Source: an uncultured Candidatus Saccharibacteria bacterium (GTDB taxonomy: Bacteria > Patescibacteriota > Minisyncoccia > Phycocordibacterales > CSBR16-119). Taken from it: a stretch of 64,000 nucleotides of DNA. A program made the translations under genes and the position numbers. Of the stretch, positions 54,907-63,901 are shown one piece after another. The notes under the pieces were generated by a model. The model saw nothing but the letters and a program-made list of their open reading frames with translations. It searched no databases and had not been told where the DNA came from. The DNA lies in NCBI GenBank assembly GCA_964589975.1, contig CAZPVH010000001.1, positions 100,853 through 164,852 on the forward strand, written 5' to 3'. Within the stretch, counting starts at the first letter, position 1. Each line of letters starts with the position of its first letter.

Positions 54907-54953
54907 AAGTGGGATGAAGTGGTGTATAATTTAGCCTAAGTGGGATGAAGTGG
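54907..54953 (+). promoter_or_regulatory. mraZ promoter with four phased AAGTGG direct repeats (putative MraZ operator)
   Basis: AAGTGG at 54907, 54917, 54938 and 54948, with 10/21/10-bp spacing. It is an 18-mer TAAGTGGGATGAAGTGGT duplicated. TATAAT at 54925-54930 sits between the repeat pairs, 39 nt upstream of the mraZ ATG. Confidence 0.5.
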
Positions 54954-54968
54954 TAAGTCGAAATTTTT

Positions 54969-55403
54969 ATGTTAATAGGCGAGTTTACACATACAATCGA
55001 CGAAAAAAACCGCATCTCACTTCCGGCGAAATTCCGAAAGGAGATGGGCAATGATCTCGTGATCACACCCGGTCTCGACAACTGTCTCTTCGTCTTTACG
55101 AAGAAGGAATGGCAGAAGATTTCGGAAAAGCTCTCAGGCTTCTCGATGCTCGCGGCGGACAACCGATCGTTCAACCGATTTATGTTCGGCGGCGCGACAG
55201 AGGTGAGTGTTGATGCTATCGGCAGAATCCTCCTTCCGGATTTCCTGAAGGACAGAGCGGGACTCAAGTCGAAAGCGGCGCTCGTCGGCGTGCAGAACAG
55301 GCTCGAGATCTGGAACGACAAGGTCTGGGGCGAGTATAAGAAGGTGGTCGAGAAGCAGGCCGATGCTTTGGCCGAAAAATTGGGAGGAGTAGGCGTGATA
55401 TAG
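54969..55403 (+). CDS. mraZ: Transcriptional regulator MraZ
   Basis: MLIGEFTHTIDEKNRISLPAKFR...IGRILLP is a duplicated MraZ/SpoVT-AbrB fold. Confidence 0.9.
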   Translation: MLIGEFTHTIDEKNRISLPAKFRKEMGNDLVITPGLDNCLFVFTKKEWQKISEKLSGFSMLAADNRSFNRFMFGGATEVSVDAIGRILLPDFLKDRAGLKSKAALVGVQNRLEIWNDKVWGEYKKVVEKQADALAEKLGGVGVI

Positions 55404-55404
55404 C

Positions 55405-56295
55405 ATGCATGCCTCAGTACTTTTAAAAGAAGCAGTAGACAATCTCGATCTTTCGAAGGGTAAAACTTTGGTCGATGGAACGTTTGGTTCCGGCGGTCAT
55501 ACCAGAGAAATATGCGAAAGATTTGGAAGCGACGTTAAAATCCTGGCCTTGGACCTCGACAGAGGATCGATTGAGCGGGGAACCGAAAGATTGTCCGGAC
55601 TTACTTGCGATGTGACGCTACGAGAAGGAAACTTCCGAGACATCGACAAGTTCTTGTCCGAGACAGGAATCGGAAGCCCTGATGCTATCCTTCTAGATCT
55701 CGGTTGGAGCATGGACCAGTTCGAAGAGTCCGGCAGAGGATTTTCTTTTCGCCGCGACGAGCCGCTGTCTATGACGCTAAAGGCCGAAAAGTCTGATTCT
55801 GAATTTGACGCCGCGGATATCGTGAACACCTGGAAGGAAGAGGACATCGCGAATGTTTTGTACGGATATGGTGAAGAGCGTTTCGCTAGACGTATTGCTA
55901 GAGAGATTGTCGAAAGGCGTGACGAGAAGCCGATCAAGACGACCAAGGACTTGGTAGAGATTGTCATGAGCGCGGTTCCGGTCTTCTACAGATTCGGGCG
56001 CATCCATCCGGCGACGAAAACTTTCCAAGCGCTCAGGATTGCCGTAAATGACGAGCTTCGCAGTCTGACGGAAGCGCTCGATAAGGGATTTGAAACCCTA
56101 AAGCCGGGCGGCAGAATGGCGATCATAACTTTTCACAGTTTGGAGGATCGAATCGTGAAGAATTTTTTTAAAGAAAAAGTCGCAGAAGAAAGAGGAGAGC
56201 TTATATCGAAGAAGCCGATAGTTCCGAGCGATGAAGAATTGGAGGCAAACCCTCGGTCCAGAAGCGCAAAACTTAGAGTAATAAGGAAACAATGA
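55405..56295 (+). CDS. rsmH: 16S rRNA (cytosine1402-N4)-methyltransferase RsmH (MraW)
   Basis: HASVLLKEAVDNL...VDGTFGSGGHT SAM-binding motif. It follows mraZ directly. Confidence 0.9.
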   Translation: MHASVLLKEAVDNLDLSKGKTLVDGTFGSGGHTREICERFGSDVKILALDLDRGSIERGTERLSGLTCDVTLREGNFRDIDKFLSETGIGSPDAILLDLGWSMDQFEESGRGFSFRRDEPLSMTLKAEKSDSEFDAADIVNTWKEEDIANVLYGYGEERFARRIAREIVERRDEKPIKTTKDLVEIVMSAVPVFYRFGRIHPATKTFQALRIAVNDELRSLTEALDKGFETLKPGGRMAIITFHSLEDRIVKNFFKEKVAEERGELISKKPIVPSDEELEANPRSRSAKLRVIRKQ

Positions 56296-56606
56296 ATCAA
56301 GCACATGCAAAAATAAATACGAGAAGTTCTTGGGCCGTGGCAAGACCTTTTTACATATTTGCCGGGATTACTTTTGCAACTTTTATGTTGTATGTCGCAT
56401 TTATCGGCAAGACTATTTTTACACTTGTTGAAGAGAAAAGTCTTGAGGCCGAAAACAGGAGCCTTGCGACAGAAATTTCAGAGTTAGAGCTTCAGACTTT
56501 GGCCCAGAACGATGCAGTCTCGATTGAAAAAGCCTACTCAATGGGCTTTGTCAGCGCCAAAACTGCAGAATATGTCGCCCCTGACCTTACTCTCAGCCAT
56601 AGATGA
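56292..56606 (+). CDS. ftsL: Cell division protein FtsL-like
   Basis: 104 aa: TM (FYIFAGITFATFMLYVAFI) then coiled-coil. Position between rsmH and ftsI. Confidence 0.55.
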   Translation: MNQAHAKINTRSSWAVARPFYIFAGITFATFMLYVAFIGKTIFTLVEEKSLEAENRSLATEISELELQTLAQNDAVSIEKAYSMGFVSAKTAEYVAPDLTLSHR

Positions 56607-58327
56607 TGAATGATTCGAAAAAGACTTTCTTAGTACGAATACGCGTCCTATCGATCGGAGCCTTGATCGTCGGCGCTTTTATTTTGGTTAGACTCTTCTC
56701 TGTCCAGGTGGTCAAGAACGAGGCGTACGCTGACAAAGCTGATCGCTCGTATGTCCGCTCGAGTGATAATTTTGATCGCGGTGCGATTTACTTTTCAAAA
56801 AAGGATGGCAGCCGTATTTCGGCCGCTACCATGATGAGCGGCTTCAAGCTGGCCATCAAACCGAACCTTATCAAAGATCCCGGTGATGTTTATCCAAAAC
56901 TCTCTGAAATTATCCCGATCGAGAGAAAGGATTTCATGGATAAGGCAGAAAAAAAGGATGATCCATATGAAGATATTGCGGCAAAGATTACTCGAGAGCA
57001 GGCTGATGCCATTACCGCGCTAAATTTGACTGGGGTGGACCTTTATAAGGACCGATGGAGATTTTACCCAGGTGAATCTATGGCTGCGCATATTGTAGGT
57101 TTTTTGGGGTTCGGTAGTGAGAATATAATCTCGGGGCAATATGGATTGGAAAAGTATTTCAATGAGACTCTCAAAAAGGAAGAAGAGAATTTGTACGTGA
57201 ATATTTTTGCCGAAATTTTTTCTGGGGTAAAGAAGATAGTTTTTGAGGGGGACGAACGCTCGGGCGATGTTATTACGACTATTGAGCCAACGGTCCAGAA
57301 TTCTCTAGAGAAGGAACTCTTAGCCGTGATGGAGAAATATAATCCAGAATCGGCCCACGGGATAATCATGAATCCTCAAACAGGAGAAATTTATGGTATG
57401 GCCAAAATGCCTAATTTTAATCTTAATAATTTTAGAGATGTAGAAAGTGTTGAGGTTTTTTCTAATTCTTTGGTAGAAAATGTATATGAATTTGGTTCGG
57501 TCGTTAAGCCTCTTGTTATCGCAGCCGGAATTGATTCTGGCGTTCTTAATGCCTCAACGCCATTTTATGATAAAGGCTCTGTTACGGTCGGTGATAGGGA
57601 GATCTTTAATTTCGACAAACGCGGCCGCGGCCAAATCACGATGCAGGACGTTTTGTCAGAGTCACTGAACACAGGCATGGTCTTTGCCGAGCAGAAAATT
57701 GGTAAAGAAAAATTCCACAAATATATGACAGACTATCGCTTGGGCGAAAAGACCAACATCGATTTGCCAAACGAAGCCAAGGGTCTGTCGGCGAACTTGG
57801 ATTCCATGCGCGATGTCGAATTCGCGAACATTTCTTTTGGTCAGGGAATTTCCTTTTCGCCGGTTGCTCTGGTGCGCGCAATTTCGGCACTAGGCAACGG
57901 CGGATACTTGGTGCGCCCGCACGTGGTCAAATCAATTGATTTTCATGATGGGGGAGAGAAAACTTTTGAATTTTTGAAAACTGATCAACCGCGAGTTTTC
58001 AAAGACGGCACTTCAGAAGCGATATCAAAAATGATGGTTTACAGTGTCGACAATGTTTATGGCAATGGGAAATACAAAATGCCAAATTACAGTATCGCGG
58101 CCAAGACCGGTACAGCTCAGATTCCTGATCCCAAGGGTGGATACTATGAGGACCGAAATCTACACTCCTTTGTTGGCTACTTCCCGGCCACGGACCCACA
58201 GTTTATCGTATTCCTATCCATAATAGCCCCCAGGGGCGTTAAATATGCCGCTGAGACGCTTTCTGAGCCATTCTTCGACATGGCCAAATTCCTCCTCTCA
58301 TACTATGAAGTACCACCGGATAGATAG
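56603..58327 (+). CDS. ftsI: Penicillin-binding transpeptidase FtsI (PBP3-like)
   Basis: N-terminal TM. GSVVKPL (SxxK), SLN (SxN), KTGTAQ (KTG). Located in the dcw context. Confidence 0.75.
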   Translation: MMNDSKKTFLVRIRVLSIGALIVGAFILVRLFSVQVVKNEAYADKADRSYVRSSDNFDRGAIYFSKKDGSRISAATMMSGFKLAIKPNLIKDPGDVYPKLSEIIPIERKDFMDKAEKKDDPYEDIAAKITREQADAITALNLTGVDLYKDRWRFYPGESMAAHIVGFLGFGSENIISGQYGLEKYFNETLKKEEENLYVNIFAEIFSGVKKIVFEGDERSGDVITTIEPTVQNSLEKELLAVMEKYNPESAHGIIMNPQTGEIYGMAKMPNFNLNNFRDVESVEVFSNSLVENVYEFGSVVKPLVIAAGIDSGVLNASTPFYDKGSVTVGDREIFNFDKRGRGQITMQDVLSESLNTGMVFAEQKIGKEKFHKYMTDYRLGEKTNIDLPNEAKGLSANLDSMRDVEFANISFGQGISFSPVALVRAISALGNGGYLVRPHVVKSIDFHDGGEKTFEFLKTDQPRVFKDGTSEAISKMMVYSVDNVYGNGKYKMPNYSIAAKTGTAQIPDPKGGYYEDRNLHSFVGYFPATDPQFIVFLSIIAPRGVKYAAETLSEPFFDMAKFLLSYYEVPPDR

Positions 58328-58384
58328 AATATTGACATTGACCTGTTCATAGGGTAAATTCTGCTTGAACAAAAACCGAAGAAC

Positions 58385-58969
58385 ATGGAGCACAAATATT
58401 TCCGACTCAAGGATCTCGTCGGATTCATAAACGGTAGTAATGGTTGGGCCTGTCGAAGGATCCTTAGCGATAATGAGGAACTTTTTGGTGTGGCTCGTGG
58501 CTCGTCGCATAACCACCAGGCCTGGGAGGGTGGCTATCTCGATCATGTCACAGAGTGTATGAACATTGCTGTGGTTTTGTACGAAACGTTCGGGATGATT
58601 CGATCAGCTCGGGTCGATATTTCCGATGCGCTGCTTGTACTCTTCCTCCACGACATTGAAAAGCCGTGGAAGTACACACTGATGGATGGAAAGCTTGAAA
58701 TCAGGCCAGAGCTTGAGAGCAAGGCCGCTCAGCGTAAGTTTCGTGATCAAAAGTTCAAGGAGTACGGTCTTGGGTTGACTCCAAGAGTGCAAAACGCGCT
58801 CGAGTATGTCGAAGGTGAGATTCACAACCATTCTACGAAGGAGCGCATGATGAATGAGCTTGCGGCATTCTGCCACATGTGTGACATTGCTAGCGCTCGG
58901 TTGTGGCATGATTACCCAAAGGTGAATGATGAGTACGAGTGGTCGGGAAAAAGAGGACAGATAAGATAG
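58385..58969 (+). CDS. HD-domain-like metal-dependent phosphohydrolase, hypothetical
   Basis: SSHNHQAW...YLDH and LVLFLHDIEKP (HD motif). Later EIHNH and CDIA residues. 194 aa. Confidence 0.45.
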   Translation: MEHKYFRLKDLVGFINGSNGWACRRILSDNEELFGVARGSSHNHQAWEGGYLDHVTECMNIAVVLYETFGMIRSARVDISDALLVLFLHDIEKPWKYTLMDGKLEIRPELESKAAQRKFRDQKFKEYGLGLTPRVQNALEYVEGEIHNHSTKERMMNELAAFCHMCDIASARLWHDYPKVNDEYEWSGKRGQIR

Positions 58970-58974
58970 AAAGT

Positions 58975-59000
58975 GAAAGGCGGGCAAACCCGCTTTTTTC
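58975..59000 (+). terminator. Rho-independent terminator
   Basis: gaaaggcggg-caaa-cccgcttttttct. Confidence 0.7.
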
Positions 59001-59089
59001 TATTGAAATTCAATCAAAACGGGACCCTTGCAACCTTCAGAGAAATAAGTATTCTAATGATAGATACGAACACTTAAAACCCACAACGA

Positions 59090-59986
59090 ATGCGAAGCGA
59101 AGCCCACGCAGAAAGCTCGGCCAAGATCTTTGGTGGCGAGCCCAAAGACTATCAGGACATTCATGCTGTCATCGACCAGAACAAGTCGGTACATGCCTCC
59201 CCAAAAGGACGATTCTTCCTGCATCACTATGACGTCGGAGGAGCGATTCTTGTGGATCTCTTCGGAACTGACGTGCTCAATTCGGCTGGTACGCTGGTTG
59301 ATGTGAAGGACGTCCTGATGCAGCATCTCATCGAGGACTATGGCCAAGTGCCGCTCTTCAAGGACTGGATCGATTCGTTTGCCATCGGTGAAGTTCCATT
59401 GAAAGCTTTCGACATTTTTCTTGCCAGGCCTCGTACCAAGGCTGAGCTCTTCGACAGGCTCGTCTCGGCGAAGCTCGTGCCGAAAGGTAGGAAGAGGGAA
59501 ATGTACGAGCTTCTGGGGCGGGTCTACGATACAGTGAGCCTGGAGAAGTACACCGAGGATGGCAGCATCAAGATGACAGCAGTCTCGCGCTGCATTTTCG
59601 GCCACTACACCGGGCTTGATCTGCTGCGCCGTATCATTAATGCGTCTGATCAGGCAGCTGACGATTTCGTTTTCCTGGTCTTCGGCGCAATGATGGACCA
59701 GAAGACGCTCGATCCGAAGCGGCCGAACATTCAGACCCTTCTCGACTGGATGAAGTCGGTCGAAGAACTGCCCTGGATGCTCCCTCCTAAGGATTTGGGG
59801 CGCCACAATCCGAAATTCGTGAAGGCCGAGATGGAGAAGATTAAGGCCGGTGGATCAGACGCTCTCGGAATCAAGAAAGGCAAGGAAAAACCGAAACCAA
59901 AGCTGACACATGGACAGATCGACGACTTCATGACATCTGGCCGCTATAGCGACCCTCACAAGTGCACTGGCGGACGTATGGACTGA
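59090..59986 (+). CDS. Hypothetical protein (298 aa)
   Basis: Protein-like composition and a terminator downstream. The antisense ORF 59054..59806 is Arg/His-rich and judged a shadow ORF. Confidence 0.5.
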   Translation: MRSEAHAESSAKIFGGEPKDYQDIHAVIDQNKSVHASPKGRFFLHHYDVGGAILVDLFGTDVLNSAGTLVDVKDVLMQHLIEDYGQVPLFKDWIDSFAIGEVPLKAFDIFLARPRTKAELFDRLVSAKLVPKGRKREMYELLGRVYDTVSLEKYTEDGSIKMTAVSRCIFGHYTGLDLLRRIINASDQAADDFVFLVFGAMMDQKTLDPKRPNIQTLLDWMKSVEELPWMLPPKDLGRHNPKFVKAEMEKIKAGGSDALGIKKGKEKPKPKLTHGQIDDFMTSGRYSDPHKCTGGRMD

Positions 59987-60002
59987 ATACAGAAGAAGCG
60001 AA

Positions 60003-60035
60003 AGGCGGGGATGACCCCGCCTTTTTCTTTTGGTT
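60003..60035 (+). terminator. Rho-independent terminator
   Basis: gaaaggcgggg-atga-ccccgcctttttcttttgg, similar in sequence to the hairpin at 58975. Confidence 0.7.
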
Positions 60036-60104
60036 TTTTCACCGTCTGTATTGACTCTTCGCTCAGAAGTAATAATATTTCCTTGAAACCAAAAGCACCC
60101 TAAC

Positions 60105-60818
60105 ATGAACGCCAAATTCAAGGCATTTGCGCGATCGGATGTGATTGACGCCATGCATAGAGATTTATTCAGCCACTGGGCTGGGGTGAAAGACGCGATA
60201 GTTTTCCTGGAACAAGACAGGAAATATCGCGCCTACTTTACCTTTATACGAAAACTCTGTGATCGCGTCGCAAAAAAGTGCGGTCCGGATTGGACGCCGG
60301 CAGAGTTTACCCGAAAACTTGTAGTCGAAGTTGAAAGAATTGAAAACTCCTCAAGGCTTCAGATAGTTTTCATTGATCCGGCAAAGATGAAACTTGATGT
60401 GGCCCGTATGGATCCGGGCGTCGGCGGCAAGCCGGCAAAACTTACTTTGAGGATTCCGAATTCGCGTAGGCGGAAGAGCCGGGTCCTCATAAGCGCATTT
60501 GAACTCAATATTCTATTTCACGAATTCTGCCATTTCCTGATCTCAATGGGGAATGGCGAGCCAAGCGTGAATCAGAGCCTTCATTGGATCAAGTGCTTGC
60601 ATAAAGTGATGAAGATGCGCGATAGCCGCGATACCAGAGAAGACAAACCCTGGGCTCTGGTGGAAATGCTTTGCGAAAGCGGAAGCCTGATTCTGCTTGA
60701 AGCAGCAACCAGACACATGGTTTTGAAGGGGCCATTTTATACGGACTTTCCGTGCAAAAAGCCCAATTATCGTAAGCGCCCCGGAAGGGGCGCTTATTGT
60801 TTTGTGCTATTTCAATAG
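60105..60818 (+). CDS. Hypothetical protein with HExxH metallohydrolase-like motif
   Basis: ILFHEFCHFLISMG, a candidate zinc-binding HExxH. 237 aa. No further family assignment possible. Confidence 0.4.
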   Translation: MNAKFKAFARSDVIDAMHRDLFSHWAGVKDAIVFLEQDRKYRAYFTFIRKLCDRVAKKCGPDWTPAEFTRKLVVEVERIENSSRLQIVFIDPAKMKLDVARMDPGVGGKPAKLTLRIPNSRRRKSRVLISAFELNILFHEFCHFLISMGNGEPSVNQSLHWIKCLHKVMKMRDSRDTREDKPWALVEMLCESGSLILLEAATRHMVLKGPFYTDFPCKKPNYRKRPGRGAYCFVLFQ

Positions 60819-60820
60819 AA

Positions 60821-60848
60821 AAGCCCCACAATAGCGGGGCTCTTCTTG
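60821..60848. terminator. Bidirectional terminator hairpin
   Basis: aaaagcccca-caata-gcggggctcttcttgg, between two convergent genes. Confidence 0.5.
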
Positions 60849-60851
60849 GTG

Positions 60852-61424
60852 TCATGAGTGTGCAGGTGCGACTTGTTTCACTTCTCTTCCTGGAAGCGTC
60901 TTTGTCTTGCCGAGTGGTAGATGGAAGGTACGGGTCAATTTCTTTCCCCGCACCCATTTCATTTGGGGGCCGTAGATCCATTCCGGAAGATTCTCGTCGG
61001 CTTCTTTGTAAAGTGCGATTCTTTCCAAGTTTCGTTTTTTGTCGCGGAGCTTGTCTAGCTGGTCGGTTGCTGTCGCGCTTAGCTGGTTGCGGTGAATCTT
61101 CAGAACCAGGACCTTGCTTGAAAGGATGGGGTCGAGAAGGTAATGGAAGACATACTTCTTCTTTTCCTCATCATGCTCTTCGTGGCTTACCATGAAGTCA
61201 TGTGGGTGAGAGTCCAAAAGACGCAAAAGCATGTTGATAGAATCATCGTCAACCTTTGCTTTCCAGAAGGCATCATAGGTGTATGTCACTCGGCCACGCA
61301 TATTAGGCTGAGGGCCTCTCTGGCTTTCGTACATGTTCCATCCGATGTGCTTTTTGTTGAAATCCTTGATGCCGATAAGCGGTTCTGACAGGGTCACTTC
61401 AGCCTTTTTTATCCTTTTTGCCAT
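60852..61424 (-). CDS. Hypothetical protein (190 aa)
   Basis: Charged, His-rich (HPHDFMVSHEEHDEE). No family recognised. Confidence 0.45.
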   Translation of the reverse strand: MAKRIKKAEVTLSEPLIGIKDFNKKHIGWNMYESQRGPQPNMRGRVTYTYDAFWKAKVDDDSINMLLRLLDSHPHDFMVSHEEHDEEKKKYVFHYLLDPILSSKVLVLKIHRNQLSATATDQLDKLRDKKRNLERIALYKEADENLPEWIYGPQMKWVRGKKLTRTFHLPLGKTKTLPGREVKQVAPAHS

Positions 61425-61465
61425 GTTCGGGGCGTTTTTCCGATTCTAACAAGAAATTTGCTATA

Positions 61466-62515
61466 ATGTCTATATTAGATTTAACAATGCATTTTCGTAT
61501 GGATAATAATCATCATGGATCGAAGTTATCTCCGAAGTTCTTTTTCCTCTCGCTAGGGGTTTTGGTAACTCTTATTGCCAGTGTTACAGCATTTCTCAAT
61601 CTGGTTTTTGAGACACTCAATCAGAAGTTTCCTGACGCGCTGAACTCCATGTATCAGTACGGATACAACACTTATAACTACGAAGGTATCAGAAGCGCCA
61701 TCGCGACTCTCATAATTGTTTTCCCGGTATATTTAATCCTTTCATATTTTTGGCGCCGTGTTGCGAGTGGAACGCTTGGGCGGATTGATCACGCTATAAA
61801 AAAGTGGATGCTTTATCTTATTCTTTTCCTCGCCGGTGTTGTCATCATTGTTGATCTCATAACACTTGTTCGCTATTTTGTCTCCGGGGAAATCACAACT
61901 CGCTTTATTTTGAAGGTCGTCGCAGCTCTCGCAGTCGCGAAGCTTGTCGGCTGGTTCTATATTTCCGAACTCAGGTCTCAAGCAAGCAGGAGCCTCGCGC
62001 GGCTTTTTGCCGGCGTCGGTATTGTTCTCGCCCTAGTGGCCGTAATTTGGAGCTTTAACGTTATTGGTAGCCCTGCCGAACAGCGCGCCTGGAGGCTCGA
62101 TGAGCGACGTGTACAGGATCTCCAATCCATCCAATGGCAAGTGATCTCGTTCTGGCAGCAGAAGGAAAGATTGCCGGAATCTCTAGAGGAAATGGAGGAT
62201 CCTATCAGTAGCTTCATGGCGCCGTTTGATCCTGAATTCGAGAAGGGTCGTACGTATGAATATAAAAAGACTGCGGATATGACATTTGAACTCTGCGCGA
62301 CTTTTAGCGCCGTCATGCCGGAAGGTTGGCAGGAAACAAAAGGATGGGGTGGCGGCATGCCGTTTGCTACTCGGGAAGCCGTCGACATGTCATACCCATA
62401 TCCAGGAGGCGTTGGTAACGATTCCTGGACTCACGAAGTCGGCCGAACCTGCTTCGCTCGAACTATCGACCCAGAGATCTATCCGCCATTCGATAATTTG
62501 CCGAAGCCTCTATAA
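61466..62515 (+). CDS. Hypothetical membrane protein with four or five TM segments and a C-terminal soluble domain
   Basis: The ORF is open from 61418. The ATG at 61466 overlaps a TATAAT, so the true start may be the downstream MHFRMD. TM-rich first half, then a Trp/Pro-rich C-terminus. Confidence 0.45.
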   Translation: MSILDLTMHFRMDNNHHGSKLSPKFFFLSLGVLVTLIASVTAFLNLVFETLNQKFPDALNSMYQYGYNTYNYEGIRSAIATLIIVFPVYLILSYFWRRVASGTLGRIDHAIKKWMLYLILFLAGVVIIVDLITLVRYFVSGEITTRFILKVVAALAVAKLVGWFYISELRSQASRSLARLFAGVGIVLALVAVIWSFNVIGSPAEQRAWRLDERRVQDLQSIQWQVISFWQQKERLPESLEEMEDPISSFMAPFDPEFEKGRTYEYKKTADMTFELCATFSAVMPEGWQETKGWGGGMPFATREAVDMSYPYPGGVGNDSWTHEVGRTCFARTIDPEIYPPFDNLPKPL

Positions 62516-62519
62516 AAAC

Positions 62520-62550
62520 AAAAGGCCCGCTAAAAGCAGGCCTTTTGTTT
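62520..62550. terminator. Bidirectional terminator between convergent genes
   Basis: aaaggcc-cgctaaaagca-ggccttttgttt. Confidence 0.55.
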
Positions 62551-62551
62551 A

Positions 62552-63901
62552 TTAAATTTTTCTTATCTCAAAATCATCGCCTTTGTCCAAAATTTCAAAG
62601 CCGAGATTGGTTATTTGCTCGCGGAGATTGTCGGCCCTTGCCCAATCTTTTGCGGCTTTAGCTGTCGCGCGGTCTTGAACGAGTTTAGTAACTTCTTCCG
62701 GAATTTCATCACGGATCCAAGATTCCATCCCGAGGCCTAATACTCGATCCATGTCGATGAGGGTTGTTCTCTTGTCGGCATCAAGCATCTCTTTGTCTTG
62801 CGCAAGTTGCCACATGACTGACAATGCCTCGGCAGTATTTAGGTCTTCGTCGAGAGCTTCCTCGAATCTTTTCGTATATGCATGATTTAGTGCGCCGACG
62901 TCATTCCCGAGATTAAGATATAAGTTCTTAAGTTTACGGAGCGCATTTTGTGATGCCTCCAAGGCTTCCCAAGTAAAATTTATAAGGTTTCTGTAGTTTC
63001 CTTGGAGTAGGAAATAACGATAATCGATCGGAGAAAATCCTTTTTCTTTTATATCGATAAGTCGGTAATCATTCTTCAATGATTTAGACATTTTCTTGCC
63101 GTCGATCAAAATGTGTCCGTTGTGTAGCCAATAATTTACAAATGGTTCGCCTGAGGCGCACTCAGACTGAGCAATCTCATTTTCATGATGAGGGAACTGC
63201 AGGTCTATTCCACCGGTATGGAGATCGAAATGGTTACCAAGGTATTTCGTCGACATGGCCGAGCACTCGATATGCCACCCCGGACGTCCTTTGCCGAGTG
63301 GTGTGTCCCAAAACACATCACCGTCATTTTCATCCCATGCTTTCCAGAGCGCGAAGTCCTGAGCGTTTTCTTTGTCATATTCGTCATTTTTTATTCTACT
63401 CTGGGCAGCCTCTGATTTTTTCAAATCTAGGCCGGAAAGTTTTCCATACTCAGAATCTTTTTTGATATCGAAATAGATACTGCCGTCATCGCTTTTATAC
63501 GCGAAGCCTTTCTTGAGTAGCGTTTCAATCATCGATACCATTTCGCCAATGTGTTCAGTGGCCAAAGATTCGGTAGTCGGCGGAATAATATGAAGTTCAG
63601 CGCATTCCTCGTGAAATTTATCTGTATAAAACTGAGTAAACTCTTTAAGAGACTTTTGAGCGGCTTTAGAATCTCGGACTATTTTGTCTTCAACATCAGT
63701 AATATTCATGACGTGGTTAACCTCTAGGCCTCCATACTGGAGAGTTCTCTTTAGTAGATCGGCAAAGACGAAAGCTCGGTAATTTCCGATATGAGGCATG
63801 CCGTAAACCGTCGGACCGCAAGAATACATCCCAATTTTACCTGGGTTTATGGGCACAATTTCTTCCTCTTTCTTTGTCAGCGTATTGTATATCTTGAGCA
63901 T
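62552..63901 (-). CDS. cysS: Cysteinyl-tRNA synthetase
   Basis: MYSCGPTVYGMPHIGNYRAFVFADLLKR (HIGH region), KMSKSLKN (KMSKS), and a zinc-binding Cys/His set. Confidence 0.9.
   Translation of the reverse strand: MLKIYNTLTKKEEEIVPINPGKIGMYSCGPTVYGMPHIGNYRAFVFADLLKRTLQYGGLEVNHVMNITDVEDKIVRDSKAAQKSLKEFTQFYTDKFHEECAELHIIPPTTESLATEHIGEMVSMIETLLKKGFAYKSDDGSIYFDIKKDSEYGKLSGLDLKKSEAAQSRIKNDEYDKENAQDFALWKAWDENDGDVFWDTPLGKGRPGWHIECSAMSTKYLGNHFDLHTGGIDLQFPHHENEIAQSECASGEPFVNYWLHNGHILIDGKKMSKSLKNDYRLIDIKEKGFSPIDYRYFLLQGNYRNLINFTWEALEASQNALRKLKNLYLNLGNDVGALNHAYTKRFEEALDEDLNTAEALSVMWQLAQDKEMLDADKRTTLIDMDRVLGLGMESWIRDEIPEEVTKLVQDRATAKAAKDWARADNLREQITNLGFEILDKGDDFEIRKI

Noticed and set aside
54906-54953. Possible CRISPR array, suggested by the duplicated 18-mer
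   Set aside because: There are only two copies with a 12-bp spacer and no cas genes. The 10-bp phasing and embedded TATAAT fit an operator/promoter far better than a CRISPR array.
59054-59806. 250-aa ORF on the minus strand antisense to CDS 59090..59986
   Set aside because: It is Arg/His/Cys-rich with low-complexity composition and has no upstream signals. The sense-strand ORF has protein-like composition and its own terminator, so this one is a shadow ORF.
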